Positions 49,291-61,600 of a stretch of 64,000 bases of DNA are shown here, one piece after another. The position numbers and the translations under genes were made by a program. This DNA is from Massalongia carnosa (lineage: Eukaryota), in NCBI GenBank assembly GCA_965645245.1, contig OZ287086.1, positions 1,116,001 through 1,180,000 of the forward strand. Reading direction: 5' to 3'. Position 1 is the stretch's first letter; each line of letters opens with the position of its first letter. A model generated the notes under the pieces. That model was not told where the DNA came from, searched no databases, and worked only from the letters and a program-made list of their open reading frames with translations.

Positions 49291-49476
49291 AACACGTTTG
49301 AAAATTTAAAAAAAATTTTATGCGTTTTCTTTTTTTGAATTGTGTAAGAATACTAGTCAAACAGCGTGACTACTATGGGCTTGTACGAGTAGGACCAAAT
49401 ATAGAAGATTGTTAATCAATAGATTGATCAGTGGTCCTCCGAAGAAGTGGGCGATAGAGCCTTTATCCTATAGTCC

Positions 49477-49720
49477 TGTCACGATCCTACTCGGCACGAC
49501 CTCGGCACCGCCTAGGGCAATCGTAGATGGAACACGCAGGCAATTTCGATTTCGTTCCCGCAGCTACTAGAAGATTCCATGACGACTATACCACATGGGT
49601 ACTAGCGCAGCAGAGGATATATAGGAGCAGGTTCTGGTTGTCGATTGTCTATTTCCTTCTTCATCTTTATTGTATTCGTTTCTAGTGTCCCTATGACTTG
49701 TCTCTAGGTAGATCATAACA
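49477..49720. mobile_element. Solo LTR (244 bp)
   Basis: tgtcacgatc...gatcataaca with AGTCC TSD. Confidence 0.8.
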
Positions 49721-50213
49721 AGTCCTACCTTTCTCGGACCACGTTTCGTCATACTAATTACAAGTACATGATTGGTGCGCTTATCAACATGGAAAAGTAT
49801 ATTCAGAGCTCATCAGGATTTAAGCGAGCTGAACGGGGGTATACTGATTATTTCAGGTAAGCTTATGAAGCTGGCCTGACAAATTGGTAAATTTTTTTCA
49901 TTAAAAATTGGTTAAATAAGAAACGTAACGAACTCCTTTATTGTCACGGTACTGCCTCGCTAGCACCCGAATCGAGTCACGGCGCTAAGGCTTGAATGAT
50001 AAGCGAGGGCTAGGCTCAGCATGGTTAGCGAGATCAACGGAAAGATTATATCTTTGCTTTCGCTGTTGAGATTTTCTTTCTTCCTTGTCGAACGTCTTGT
50101 AAATATCCGATAGCCTACATATAGCAAAGACTTCGTACCACCTGATCTTATCTCATTGAGTCCTTCTCGTCACACTACGTTCGACCTACCCTATCAGCTG
50201 GTACGCCTTTGCC

Positions 50214-51392
50214 ATGGCCGAAGCATCGCCCCCGTCCCCATACATCGTTCCAACTCCTCCCGTTTCCGTGGGTTCTGCGGAAAATTTGTTGTCCGCAGTT
50301 CAATCTAATCCCATAACCTGGTATGAGTATATGCAGCGCCTGGATCTATTCGCCGACGATGCCAGTACGCATCTGGATACCAATGATCGCGATTTAGCAG
50401 AGGCGAATCACGCGATCCTAGATTTGAACAACAGACTGGCTGGCAGTAACGCGATAGCTGCCGAGCTTCGTGAACAAATACGATCCGCCCCCACCGCAGT
50501 CGCACATTCATCTCCGCGTTCAGAGAAACATCCTGATCCGCCTATGTACGGCGGAGACAGAGCCGAATTACGCACATGGACTACTCAGCTGCGTCTGAAA
50601 CTCTTGATGAACGCAGATCGATACCCCACCATGCCAGGAAAATTAGCGTACGCGATAAGTCGTCTCAAGGATACGGCCTTGTATCAGATACGTCCTTATA
50701 TCAAGGATGACGACACTATCGATCTGCGCGATGTTAGCGAGCTGATTACCAAGCTGGAGCTGGCCTTCGGTGATCCGGACAGAAAGGCCACCGCACAGCG
50801 AGAACTTCGTCGCCTCCAGCAAGCAAACCGAGAATTCCATGTATATCTGGCCGAGTATCAGCGGTTGATCCCCGATACTGGATACAACGAAGAGGCGAAA
50901 CGATCGATCCTGCTAGAAGGCATTAGTAATGAGCTAAAAAGCGCCATCCTGACGCTTGATCTTCCGACCGACCTAGACGAGGTCATTCAGATTCTCCAGA
51001 AGATCGACAACCGCTACCGCGCCACCCAGGCCTCCATCCGCAAAGCTGGGACTGTCTTTAGCAACACATCACGATCTAGCTCTGCACCCACTATCGCCGC
51101 TGTCAGCAAACCCACACCCGCTCCCGCTCCCACCGTCACCACCACCACCAAAATCTCCGCACCCCCCTCCTCTGACGCCATGGATCTATCAGTATCTCGT
51201 CATCGAGGCCCTCTTACCCCCGCCGAGAAATCACGAAGAATGAACGAAGGATTGTGCATGTATTGCGGGGGATCTGGACATTTTGCGCAATCCTGCCCGC
51301 TATCCTCGTCCAAAACACGCCCGCGATTCCAAGTCTCTGAAATGGAACAGAAGACTGTTGATTTTGGGGGAAAAGTACAGTCTCCGAACTAA
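50214..51392 (+). CDS. gag: Gypsy Gag with CCHC knuckle
   Basis: SEKHPDP, FGDPDRKATAQREL, MDLS, CMYCGGSGHFAQSC. Confidence 0.9.
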   Translation: MAEASPPSPYIVPTPPVSVGSAENLLSAVQSNPITWYEYMQRLDLFADDASTHLDTNDRDLAEANHAILDLNNRLAGSNAIAAELREQIRSAPTAVAHSSPRSEKHPDPPMYGGDRAELRTWTTQLRLKLLMNADRYPTMPGKLAYAISRLKDTALYQIRPYIKDDDTIDLRDVSELITKLELAFGDPDRKATAQRELRRLQQANREFHVYLAEYQRLIPDTGYNEEAKRSILLEGISNELKSAILTLDLPTDLDEVIQILQKIDNRYRATQASIRKAGTVFSNTSRSSSAPTIAAVSKPTPAPAPTVTTTTKISAPPSSDAMDLSVSRHRGPLTPAEKSRRMNEGLCMYCGGSGHFAQSCPLSSSKTRPRFQVSEMEQKTVDFGGKVQSPN

Positions 51393-54300
51393 GTCGCGTT
51401 CGGAGACCAACACGGAACAAGTGTATTTCAATATCAGCATTTTCCTTGTCCACCAAACCTTTGCCAGAAGAAGAATTAGATGGCAAACATTTGGTGATAT
51501 CAATGATTGTATCCATAGGTAATCGTCAAATAAAGACCTATGCACTAGTTGACTGTGGAGCATCTGGTTTTGCTTTTATTGACTCTTCGTTCGCGCGCCG
51601 TCATTCCCTGCCCCTATCCCCCTTGAAGCAATCTCGTATCCTCGAATTAGCCGATGGACAACCCATCTCCTCTGGTGAAATCACTCACCTAGCCAACTTA
51701 CGTCTTCAAATCGCCACGCATTCCGAGCCCGCCAACCTTCTCGTCACCAATTTGGGCCACTACCCCATCGTTCTAGGGATCAAGTGGCTACAGATACACG
51801 ACACCAGCATACGATGGGCTGGAAACACTCTCTCGTTCACGTCACCATACTGTCTTCAGCACTGCCTCGAGAATCATGAACCCAACACTGTCGTCGGAAT
51901 AAGCAACGTTCCAGAACTTCGTGCAGAGAAGGAGCACCCCGCCGCAGTCATGAAAGTCACTAGTCCGGAACAACGAACATCCGCTTCAGACCAGCCCGGC
52001 CGGTCTGAAGGAAAGGGCGCTAAATTGAAGAGGTCTAGCGCTCCCTCCTTCGACCAATCAGATCCAGACCCAAGACCCAAGACCCCGCCCGAGACCGAGA
52101 AACCTGAGACCGAGAAACCTGAGACCGAGAAACCCGAGATCAAGAAACCCCTGAATATCTGCATGATAAGAGCCGCCCCTTTTGTCCGTCTTGCGCGGAA
52201 AAAGGACTGCGAACTATTTACCGTGAACCTTAGAGACATTGAACGAGCCCTGACCCCGAAACCGGAAGTTGATCCCGCTACAATATTGCCGCCGGAGTAT
52301 CACGAATTTCTTGATGTATTTTCCAAGAATGAAGCTGATAAACTGCCCGAACGCCGTAGCTATGACCACACTATTCCGCTGATGGAAGGGAAAGAACCCA
52401 CGTATGGACCCTTGTATGGCATGAGCCGAGATGAATTGCTGGTACTGCAGAAGTATCTTACCGAGAATTTGGAGAAAGGATTTATTCGTTCAAGTTCTTC
52501 CCCCGCCGCGTCCCCAGTACTGTTTGTCAAAAAGCCGGGCGGAGGCCTGCGCTTTTGCGTTGATTATAGAGCATTGAACGCTATGACTATCAAAAACAGA
52601 TATCCCCTGCCCCTGATCAGAGAAACTCTAGACCGCCTGAGTAAAGCATGCATTTTTACTAAGCTAGATATAGTCGCCGCATTCAATCGCCTTCGTATGG
52701 CCTATGGAGAGGAGTGGAAAACCGCCTTTCGGACAAGATACGGTTTGTTTGAATATCTCGTTATGCCCTTCGGTCTCGCCAATGCACCCAGTTCGTTTCA
52801 GCATTATATCAATGATGTTTTACGAGAATATCTCGATATATTCTGTACCGCTTATATCGACGATATATTAATCTACAGTAGTTCCATGAAAGAACATAAG
52901 GGTCATGTCACCAAAGTTTTGAAGGCTCTGCAAAAAGCGGGGTTACAACTGGATATTTCGAAATGCGAATTCCATGTAACGGAGACAATATATCTTGGAT
53001 TTATTATTTCGGATAAAGGCATAAAAATGGACCCTAAGAAAATAGAGACCATAAAGAACTGGAATACCCCGGAGAACCTCAAGGATGTGCAGGCGTTTAT
53101 AGGATTTGCGAATTTCTACAGACGGTTTGTGAAATCCTTTTCAAAGATCGCTGCCCCCCTCACCGCTATGTCCAAAAAGATTACGCCATTCGTGTGGACC
53201 GAAGAGTGTGCAAAGGCCTTTAAAATCTTAAAGGATGTGTTCTCCAGTGACACCATACTAATTCATTTCGACCCCGATAAGGAAAGCATAGTGGAAACAG
53301 ATTCTTCCGACTATGTAAGCGCAGGAGTACTATCGCAGTATGAGGTAGAGGGTGTACTTAAACCAGTAGCCTTCTTTTCCAAAAGACTATCGCCAGCGGA
53401 GTGTAATTATGAAATCTATGATAAAGAACTTCTGGCCATTATCAGAGCTTTTGAAGAATGGAGACCCGAATTGCAAGGAGCAGCACATCCAGTAAAGGTA
53501 ATAACAGACCATAAGAATCTCGAGTACTTCACTACCACCAAGCAACTCAGCAGGCGCCAGGCAAGATGGGCCGAATTTTTATCACGATTCGACTTTAAGA
53601 TAGGTTACAGACCAGGGAAACAAGGAGAAAAACCAGATTCTTTGACTAGAAGATCAGGAGATCTTCCTAAAGAGGGGGACCTGAGACTGGAACATCAGAA
53701 TCAGGTGGTACTAAAACCCCATAATTTCGAACTTCTGGCTAATAATCTGCTTCGCCTGACCGATATTACCAACGATGACGCTGATACGGATAATGATCTA
53801 GAAACCGAACATGAAGACTCCGAGAAATCTATCGAGGAATTGATGAATCAAGGATACGAGCTGGACCCATTCCCCAATAGCATTTTGACTCTTCTTCGAA
53901 ACGGTGCTAGCCATAGCAAGGATATAACTCTGGCCGAATGCGAAGACCGAGATGGGAGACTATATTACCGCGAACGCCTATACGTACCCGATTTCCATGA
54001 TTTGAGACTCAGACTATGCAAGGAACACCACGATAGCCCTGTCGCCGGTCATCCCGGTAGAGCCAAAACTTTCGGTTTGCTATCTCGAACTTATTATTGG
54101 CCCCAGTACCATCATTTCGTAGCACGATACGTACAGAACTGTCACGTATGTTCTCGTAGCAAAGCTTCCCGTCATCCAAAGTACGGTGTGTTAAGACCTC
54201 TGCCCATTCCTCAGCAACGCTGGAGAGATATTTCCATGGACTTTGTAAGCGGCATAACCGAATCCGGTAGTGACAAGAAAGACGCAATCCTGGTTGTAGT

Positions 54301-55520
54301 TGATCGACTCACCAAGATGAAGCATTACATACCGTGCAAAGAGACTACCAACGCTCACGATTTAGCCAAGTTGTATCTGCAGAATGTATGGAAATTACAC
54401 GGCCTGCCCGAATCAATAGTCTCGGATCGCGGAGGGCAGTTCATCTCGGAATTCTGGAAGGCTCTATGTGAAAGACTAGGAATTAAGTCGGCCCTATCCA
54501 CATCCTTTCACCCGGAGACAGATGGCCAAACGGAACGATTCAATGCAGTCATGGAATCATATTTAAGAGGCTACGTAAATTACATGCAAGATGTGATGAA
54601 TAGTAAAATTCACGTGTAGGTATAATAGCATGATTGTCATTGGAGGTATGGATTATATGTGAGCTATCTACTTCATTATATAGCAGTCACATTGGAGACC
54701 TTTCGGCGACCCTTTTCATAAGGAGTCAGCCGGTCCACTGAATCTCGGTCCCCGGAGGTCATCTCGGCCCCCGGAGGTCATCTCGGTCCCCGTGGTAGAG
54801 TCGCCGAAGATAAGCACTAGATGAATGCCCATGATGGTAGCCCCTACCATCTGACAAGATGATTGGGAAGAATGGCTACCAATGGCAGAGTTCACTAGCA
54901 ACAATGTTGATTCCGAGACCACTACGACAAGTCCCTTTTTAGCGAATTATGGCTTCCACCCCCGTCTAGGTTTCGAACCTCTCTCTCGCACCAACAACTC
55001 CCCAGAGCTCACCAATGCTGATGAATTTGCTACCAAGATGGAAGAGATTAATGCCCACCTTCAAAATGAAATGCGATTGGCTCAAGCTCGGTATGAATCC
55101 ACTGCTAATTATCATAGAACCCCCGCACCGTCGTTTCGCGTAGGAGACGAAGTCTGGTTGAATGCTAAGAACATCAAAACCAAGCGACCTTCTAAAAAGC
55201 TGGATTGGAAGAAGTTAGGAAGATTTACCATCAAGCGAGTAGTAAGTAAGTATGCTTACGAACTTGATCTCCCTACCTCTATGAAAATACACCCTGTATT
55301 CCACGTTTCTCTGCTAGAGCCGGTTGCTCAGAACCCACACGATGGCCAAATTCCTCCACCTGCCCCGCCGGTTGAAGTTGAAGGTGAAGAAGAGTGGGAG
55401 GTGGAGAGTATTCTTGATTCGAGATTTTTCCGAAGACGACTGCAATATCTTGTTAAGTGGGCCGGCCATGACGCACCTAGTTGGAATGAAGAAAAGGACA
55501 TCACTCACTGCGAAGATTAA
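51362..55520 (+). CDS. pol: Gypsy Pol (protease, RT, RNase H, integrase, chromodomain) in the -1 frame; integrase disrupted by a solo LTR
   Basis: [47 protein letters not shown]; resumes after 54856 with [25 protein letters not shown]. Confidence 0.9.
54594..54856. mobile_element. Solo LTR (263 bp, TG...CA) nested in the gypsy integrase
   Basis: AGATG TSD; removal restores CAA GAT GAT TGG. Confidence 0.85.
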
Positions 55521-56202
55521 TTACGAGAATATCACCAACTGAGGCCTACCAAACCTAGAGGTTCTCGCGGAGCTCGAACCTAAAGAGGAGACCTGATGTC
55601 ACGGTACTGCCTCGCTAGCACCCGAATCGAGTCACGGCGCTAAGGCTTGAATGATAAGCGAGGGCTAGGCTCAGCATGGTTAGCGAGATCAACGGAAAGA
55701 TTATATCTTTGCTTTCGCTGTTGAGATTTTCTTTCTTCCTTGTCGAACGTCTTGTAAATATCCGATAGCCTACATATAGCAAAGACTTCGTACCACCTGA
55801 TCTTATCTCATTGAGTCCTTCTCGTCACATTTATCAATTAAAGTAAAATCGTTCGTTCTTGCTTTCGAATCGTCTTTTTTCGATTCGTTCAATTTACTCG
55901 TAAACTTTTTGATAAAACTCGTGAATAAGTTAAAAGGAGACTCTGGTTGCATTTTAGGGGGGTGGAGCGGTGTTACTCTAAATTCAAATTGCTAGCGGTT
56001 CGGGAGTTGGTTCTTTTCGGCTGATACTCTGTAAAGGTAGCGGGGAAGTCAGGTGACAGTCCTTTTCTTAGTTATGGATAGTTCTTTTCCTTTTAGATAG
56101 GGAGCATGCATGCTCGTAGCAACAGCTACACAACACATAGCATCAACATATACAGTTTACAGGCACGAGGCGCGAGGCCCGACGCATACAGTGACCAGTC
56201 TA

Positions 56203-57540
56203 CAGTCCCGTGCCAAAAGTCTGCGGCCCAACCCGTAATTTTCGTGATTTCGCGTTTTCAACTCATCAACCCCCAATCTTCCACCTCATCATTTCACCAT
56301 GCTTCGTGCTTCTTTGACCCCTATAAGTAGTAATCGGCCTCGTAACACTGAATTGACGCCATATCAACGTGGTATGATTGTTGGGGCCCAGGCGTTGGGG
56401 CACACACCGACCGAGATTGGGAAGACTCTTAATTTCACTAAATCGACCGTGCAGAGCACCATTCAGAAGCACTCAATTCGCAACGACGGCGTGTCTAAAT
56501 CACGTTCTGGACGGCCTGAAGTGCTGTCAGAACGCGATCGACGTTATATCATCAAGCATGCACGAATCAATCCACGAATCACTTATGCACAAATCAAACT
56601 AGAAGTAGGGCTCGGCTGCAGTCGTACGACTATTTATCGGGCACTCAAACTGTATTGTTTAACCAACTGGGTGGCTAAAAAACGACCTTTATTGACGCCT
56701 GAGGTGGCCAAGAAACGATTGGATTGGTGCTTGCTGCGGCGTAAGTGGACTTTTGAGTAGTGGTCAAGAGTTATATTGTCAGATGAGTGCTCGGTGGAAA
56801 AGGGGTCAGGAAAACAGCGTCAGTGGGTGTTCAGATTGCCGAAAGAAAAATGGAATAAAGAGATGATACAACCTGTCCCCAAAGGCAAAGGAGTCAGTGT
56901 CATGGTTTGGGCAGCTTTTTGGGGAGATGACAGGTCAGATCTTTACAAATTGGCTCGTGCTTTTGCTGCGAAGAAGATGGGGTACTCGGCGAACTCATAT
57001 ATGGAATTATTGAACGATAATCTGCTTGGAATTTGGCAACCGGGCCTCATTTTCATGCAGGATAACGCACCTATACATAAGGCTAAAAAGGTGATGGAAT
57101 AGTTCAATGAGAACGGCATAGAGGTCATCGATTGGCCCCCCTATTCACCTGATTTAAATCCTATCGAGCACGTTTGGTATGTGCTCAAAAAGCTCGTCTA
57201 TCAAGTCAACCCGAATATAGATTTGGTGATCGGCAGTGATAAAACTGTTCGTGAGGTACTTTAGAAAGCGTTAGAAGAAGCCTAGACGTTGATAGATGTG
57301 AAAATGATGAGGAGGTTAATAGAGAGCATAAATAGGAGGATAAAAGCGTGTATAGCGTCGGAAGGATGGTATACCAAATATTAAAAATTAATTTTTGGGG
57401 AAATTCTTGTTTAGTATGTATTTAATCATTATGTAAAGTTTCAAGACATTTCAGCAATCGTGACGTGGTTGATTGTTGATTGAATAGAATGATTGAAATG
57501 TTGGTGGAATGCGGGGCTGCAGACTTTTGGCCTAGTACTG
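56203..57540 (+). mobile_element. Tc1/mariner DNA transposon with a stop-disrupted DDE transposase (56299-57383)
   Basis: Imperfect TIRs cagt....gccaaaagtctgc.gccc with TA TSD; SDE, QDNAPIH, WPPYSPDLNPIE; TGG>TAG stops. Confidence 0.9.
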
Positions 57541-57857
57541 TAGCTATTGTTCTTATTCTATTGTCTTGTTCTTCTCTTGTTTGTTTGTTCTCTTGCACTC
57601 CTAGCAGTAGTAGACCACGCACACCACCCAGTTCATCCTTCCATAGTATGTGATCGCATTGACTATATAGCTTTGTAAAAGGAAAAGAGCAGACTTGTCA
57701 CCAAAGTGCAAAGCACGCTAAACCTAAAATCTTCCTAGAGAAGATTAGACTACCCGCTATCCACGTTATGAGACAGTGAGCCCAACAAGCCATTATAACA
57801 GTAATCGCAAGCGCTATTAAACAGAATACGAGAACTCAATTTCAGAATTTCGCAGTA

Positions 57858-58008
57858 AGTTAAATGGTATATCAGGTAGAGTGGAGAGAAGACTGCATAA
57901 AGGTATGTTCTATTGAGGTCTGTCTACATGGCTATTATATACTGCCTAGCGCGCTAAGGCTCGCAGGGCCGCGCTACACCAATAAAGGGGTTGGAGGATA
58001 ATTTAACA
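57858..58008. mobile_element. Internally deleted copy of the 48416-48769 LTR-like element
   Basis: Shares both ends; about 200 bp missing between ctgtcta microhomologies. Confidence 0.75.
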
Positions 58009-58037
58009 CTTTGTATAAATTTTTCCTATTTGAAAAA

Positions 58038-58371
58038 TGTCGGACCGTTCTTATTGATCTGGAAAATGATGTTCTCCTTGTCTATCTAAACTGGAAATTC
58101 TAGCTAGCTATATAGACCATTTCGCCACATTCTTTCATAATCTAGATATCTTCCAGCCACTTCTATTTACTAATAGATCATTAGTGATCCGGAACCCATG
58201 CGAGGTACAATGCTTTGAAATCATTGAGTATTAGAAATCAGATCTATGGCATAGAAAGAAATAGCATCTGAAAGATCGAGGCCTCGGTTATTCGTCCGAA
58301 ATCACGTGCTTTTCCTTCAACAGGATCTTACTTCGGGAATTGGCTTGAACCACGGTCTATTAATATCGACA
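58038..58371. mobile_element. Solo LTR (334 bp), family copy 2, AAAAA TSD
   Basis: Near-identical to 26635-26968. Confidence 0.87.
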
Positions 58372-58482
58372 AAAAATTATACGAGAAATTGTCGTATCAA
58401 AAAAATCGAGTCTGCAGTTTTTGAATTTTCGTTGATAAAAACGATAAAAAGAATTTTATCGTTCGAATCGATATTTGTAACT

Positions 58483-58630
58483 GCGCCGCGCAACGGGTCG
58501 GGTTTCTCTACCGAAAACCCAACCCGTTTGTGGCGAACCCTATGATTTTTAGTGTCCGGGTTGAGTTTTCAGAGAAAAACCCGTTGGCGAAAAAGCAATT
58601 TTGTGGCGAAAACCCAACCCGTTGCGCGGA
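58483..58630. mobile_element. Short TIR element related to 47991-48389
   Basis: ccgcgcaacgggt / acccgttgcgcgg. Confidence 0.55.
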
Positions 58631-58635
58631 ACTCC

Positions 58636-61600
58636 TATCTACGGTTTCCGTAGATGGACCTTTAAGGGTTAGCTCGGTCGCACGGACCAGCTCGGGTGTT
58701 GCATCTTCCGCGCTTCGGCGGTCTAACCAATACAGTGAGATTGCGAGCTTACCGTATTGTGTCATTTAGGAGGCATATAGGAAATCTCTACAAGCAATGC
58801 TTTTCTCTTCGTGTTCGTCTTGTTTGACTATCATTTAGTATAGTCCATAGTAAAGTACAGTTCCACCACATGGATAGGACCATTACCTACCTACCGTGAC
58901 ATTACGAACACCTCCCATACTCCAGTGTGGTCCCTGTTTCTTATTTGTCCTGCCATGTCTTCCTCAGCCTCTCCAGCTCTCGACACTCCAGCATCTACTT
59001 CTCAGCCCCTTCGAGTCCCGATGCTCGGGGGAGGACTGGACCTTTCAGCAATCGCGGCCACTCAGGAGGGATGGGCACAGTTGACCCAAGCCTACCCGAG
59101 GGAATGGTATCGTTACACACATCGTCTCATCAATTTCTCCTCCGCAGCCAAGGGTGCCATCGAGGAAAGGACGCGACAATACAACCTCCTCGAGGCGGAA
59201 CATAACAACATCCTTGCCCAACTCCAAGTCTCCAACGACGAGCTCATAACCGCTCGTGCCATGATATCTGTCTTCCATCAGCAAATCCAAGAACACCAGT
59301 GCCAACCTACAATCAGGGGGGACAGTCGCTCTGAAAAGCTCCCTGACGTTCCCAAGTTTTCCGGCAATAAAGATGAGCTTCGTTCCTGGACCACGCAACT
59401 CCACCTCAAACTCTTTGTCAATGCTGATCGGTACACAGGGCCCAAGGCGGGTCCTATTTATGCTATTAGCCGACCAGAGGGCTTGGCCCTTTCCCAAATT
59501 CAACCGTATGTGAAGTCCGAAAGCGAGATCGTTCTTGAAGACGTTTCGGCACTACTGGTGATGCTAGAAAGAGCTTTTGGTGACCCGGACAAGAAGGCAA
59601 CGGCCCAGCGGGAGCTACGTTCACTTCGTCAGCGAAATCGAGAATATTATGTATACCTCTCTGACTTTCAACGCTTGGCCCCTCACACAAATTTCGACGA
59701 TGAAGCTCAGCGCTCAGCCCTCCTGGATGGTGTGAGCGATGAACTTAAGCAACTCTTGGTCACTCAGGACTTACCGAACGAGCTGAACGGACTGATCTCC
59801 TTGCTCCAGAAGCTGGATACTCGTCAGCGTAATGTAAACGCCTCCCTGCGGAAACCCTTCTCGTCTCGGTCCCCCTCGTCGTCCCCTATAGGGAGCACCC
59901 CCCCTCGCCTACTAGCGGGAGGAGGCGTCGCCCTACCTCGTGCCTCGTCGCCCGCTCCCCTGTCCTCCTCGGCCAGCCTGACCTCCGACCCCATGGACCT
60001 CTCGGCCGTTGGGCGAGGAAAATTGCCAATGGCGGAGGTCAGCCGGCGGATGGCGGAGGGTCTCTGTCGCTATTGTGGAGAGTCTGGACATTTCGCTACG
60101 AACTGCCCAAAGCTAACCAAAGGTTCGGAGAAGCCTAAGCCATCACGCCTCAATGAGGCCACCCTGGCGGAACCGGCGGAAAACGTAGAATCTTCGAGTT
60201 AAGTCGCGCTCGAAGGCCGTTGGAAGAACCTCCAGTGTCTATTTCGGCTTTTTCTCTGTAAGAAGATTCGTTAGATGGTAGACACCTCGTCATATCTATT
60301 AGACTTTCTGTAGACAATCGTTCCTTCTGCACCTATGCCCTGATCGATTGCGGTGCCGCTGGTTATGCATTTATTGATGCCTCCTTTGCGCAAAGAAACT
60401 CCCTGCCCCCTACCCCTCTCGCTCACCCTCGTGTCCTCAACGTAGTAGATGGTCGTCCATCTGCTGGAGGAATGTTGACTCATCTGGCTAATTTGGGGAT
60501 GAACGTCAAGAATCACACTGAACGTGGTTCATTTTTCGTCACCCAGTTGGGCCATTACCCTGTTGTTCTGGGAGTCAAATGGCTCCAAATCCACGATCCA
60601 TCCATTAGTTGGGTGCGTAATAGTTTGACCTTTCCGTCCCCTCACTGTTTTCAGGAGTGTTTATTGAACAAACGCTCAGCTCTTGTCATTCCCGGTGTCC
60701 ATGACCTCTCGGAAGAGTCTCCCCTCGAGGCTGCTTCTTTCTTGAAACCTACAGTTATTGAACTTCGCGCGGAAAAGGTCCCTCTTGAGGCTACTGAACC
60801 TTTCGAACCTGCCCAATTGTACATGCCTTTTCAGGATGTCAAGCGGGAGGTGGTCGAGCCCTCTGAACCTAAGAACCTTCGTGTTAGCGCCAGTCTTGAA
60901 CCCTCGAAGCTCATGCATCCTGTACTGTCCCCTGTTCTGTCCCCTGTTCTTTCCTCTGTCCTGTCTCCAGATTTGAGTATTCACATGATCGGGGCCGCCC
61001 CTTTCTCGACCCTTATGAAGAACCGGAAGAATGAGATTTTCACTGCTTCCCTTATGAAATCAACGAAGCGGTTAAGGCTAGTCAGGCCGTTAACCTTTCT
61101 GCTGCATCCCTGGAGGACGTCGAGAAGACGTTATAACCCAAGATTTATGTTGATCCTGCCACCGTTGTCACCAAGGAATTTCATGACCTACTAGATGTTT
61201 TCTCCAAAAAGGAAGCCGATAAGTTTCCACCACATTGTCCTTATGATCACAAGATCGCTCTGACCGAGGGAGCTGTTCCTCCTTCAGGCCCACTGTACAA
61301 AATGTCAGCCCCTGAATTACAAGTTTTACAGAAATACCTGAAAGAAAACCTCGCGAAGGGGTTCATCCGCTCGAGCTCATCGCCCGCCTCTTCTCCGGTT
61401 CTGTTCGCCCGAAAGCCTTCCGGAGGACTTCGTTTCTGTGAAGATTACCGAGCCCTGAATGCCATCACAGTTAAGAAGCGCTACCCACTGCCCCTGATTC
61501 AGGAAACCCTAGATCGACTAGCCAAAGCGGTGATCTTCTCCAAGTTTGACATAGTGGCAGCCTTCAACAAGCTGCGCATTCAGAAAGGACAAGAGTGGAT

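Larger units (their letters stand above)
49942..55829 (+). mobile_element. Full-length Ty3/gypsy chromovirus with apparently identical 233-bp LTRs (49942-50174, 55597-55829)
   Basis: TG...CA LTRs, TTTAT TSD, purine tract before the 3' LTR, gag plus pol with chromodomain. Confidence 0.95.

Noticed and set aside
26635..58371. The two 334-bp LTRs as ends of one 32-kb element
   Set aside because: Each copy has its own flanks (AAAAA/AAAAA for the second, ccatta/ccatca for the first), indicating independent solo LTRs
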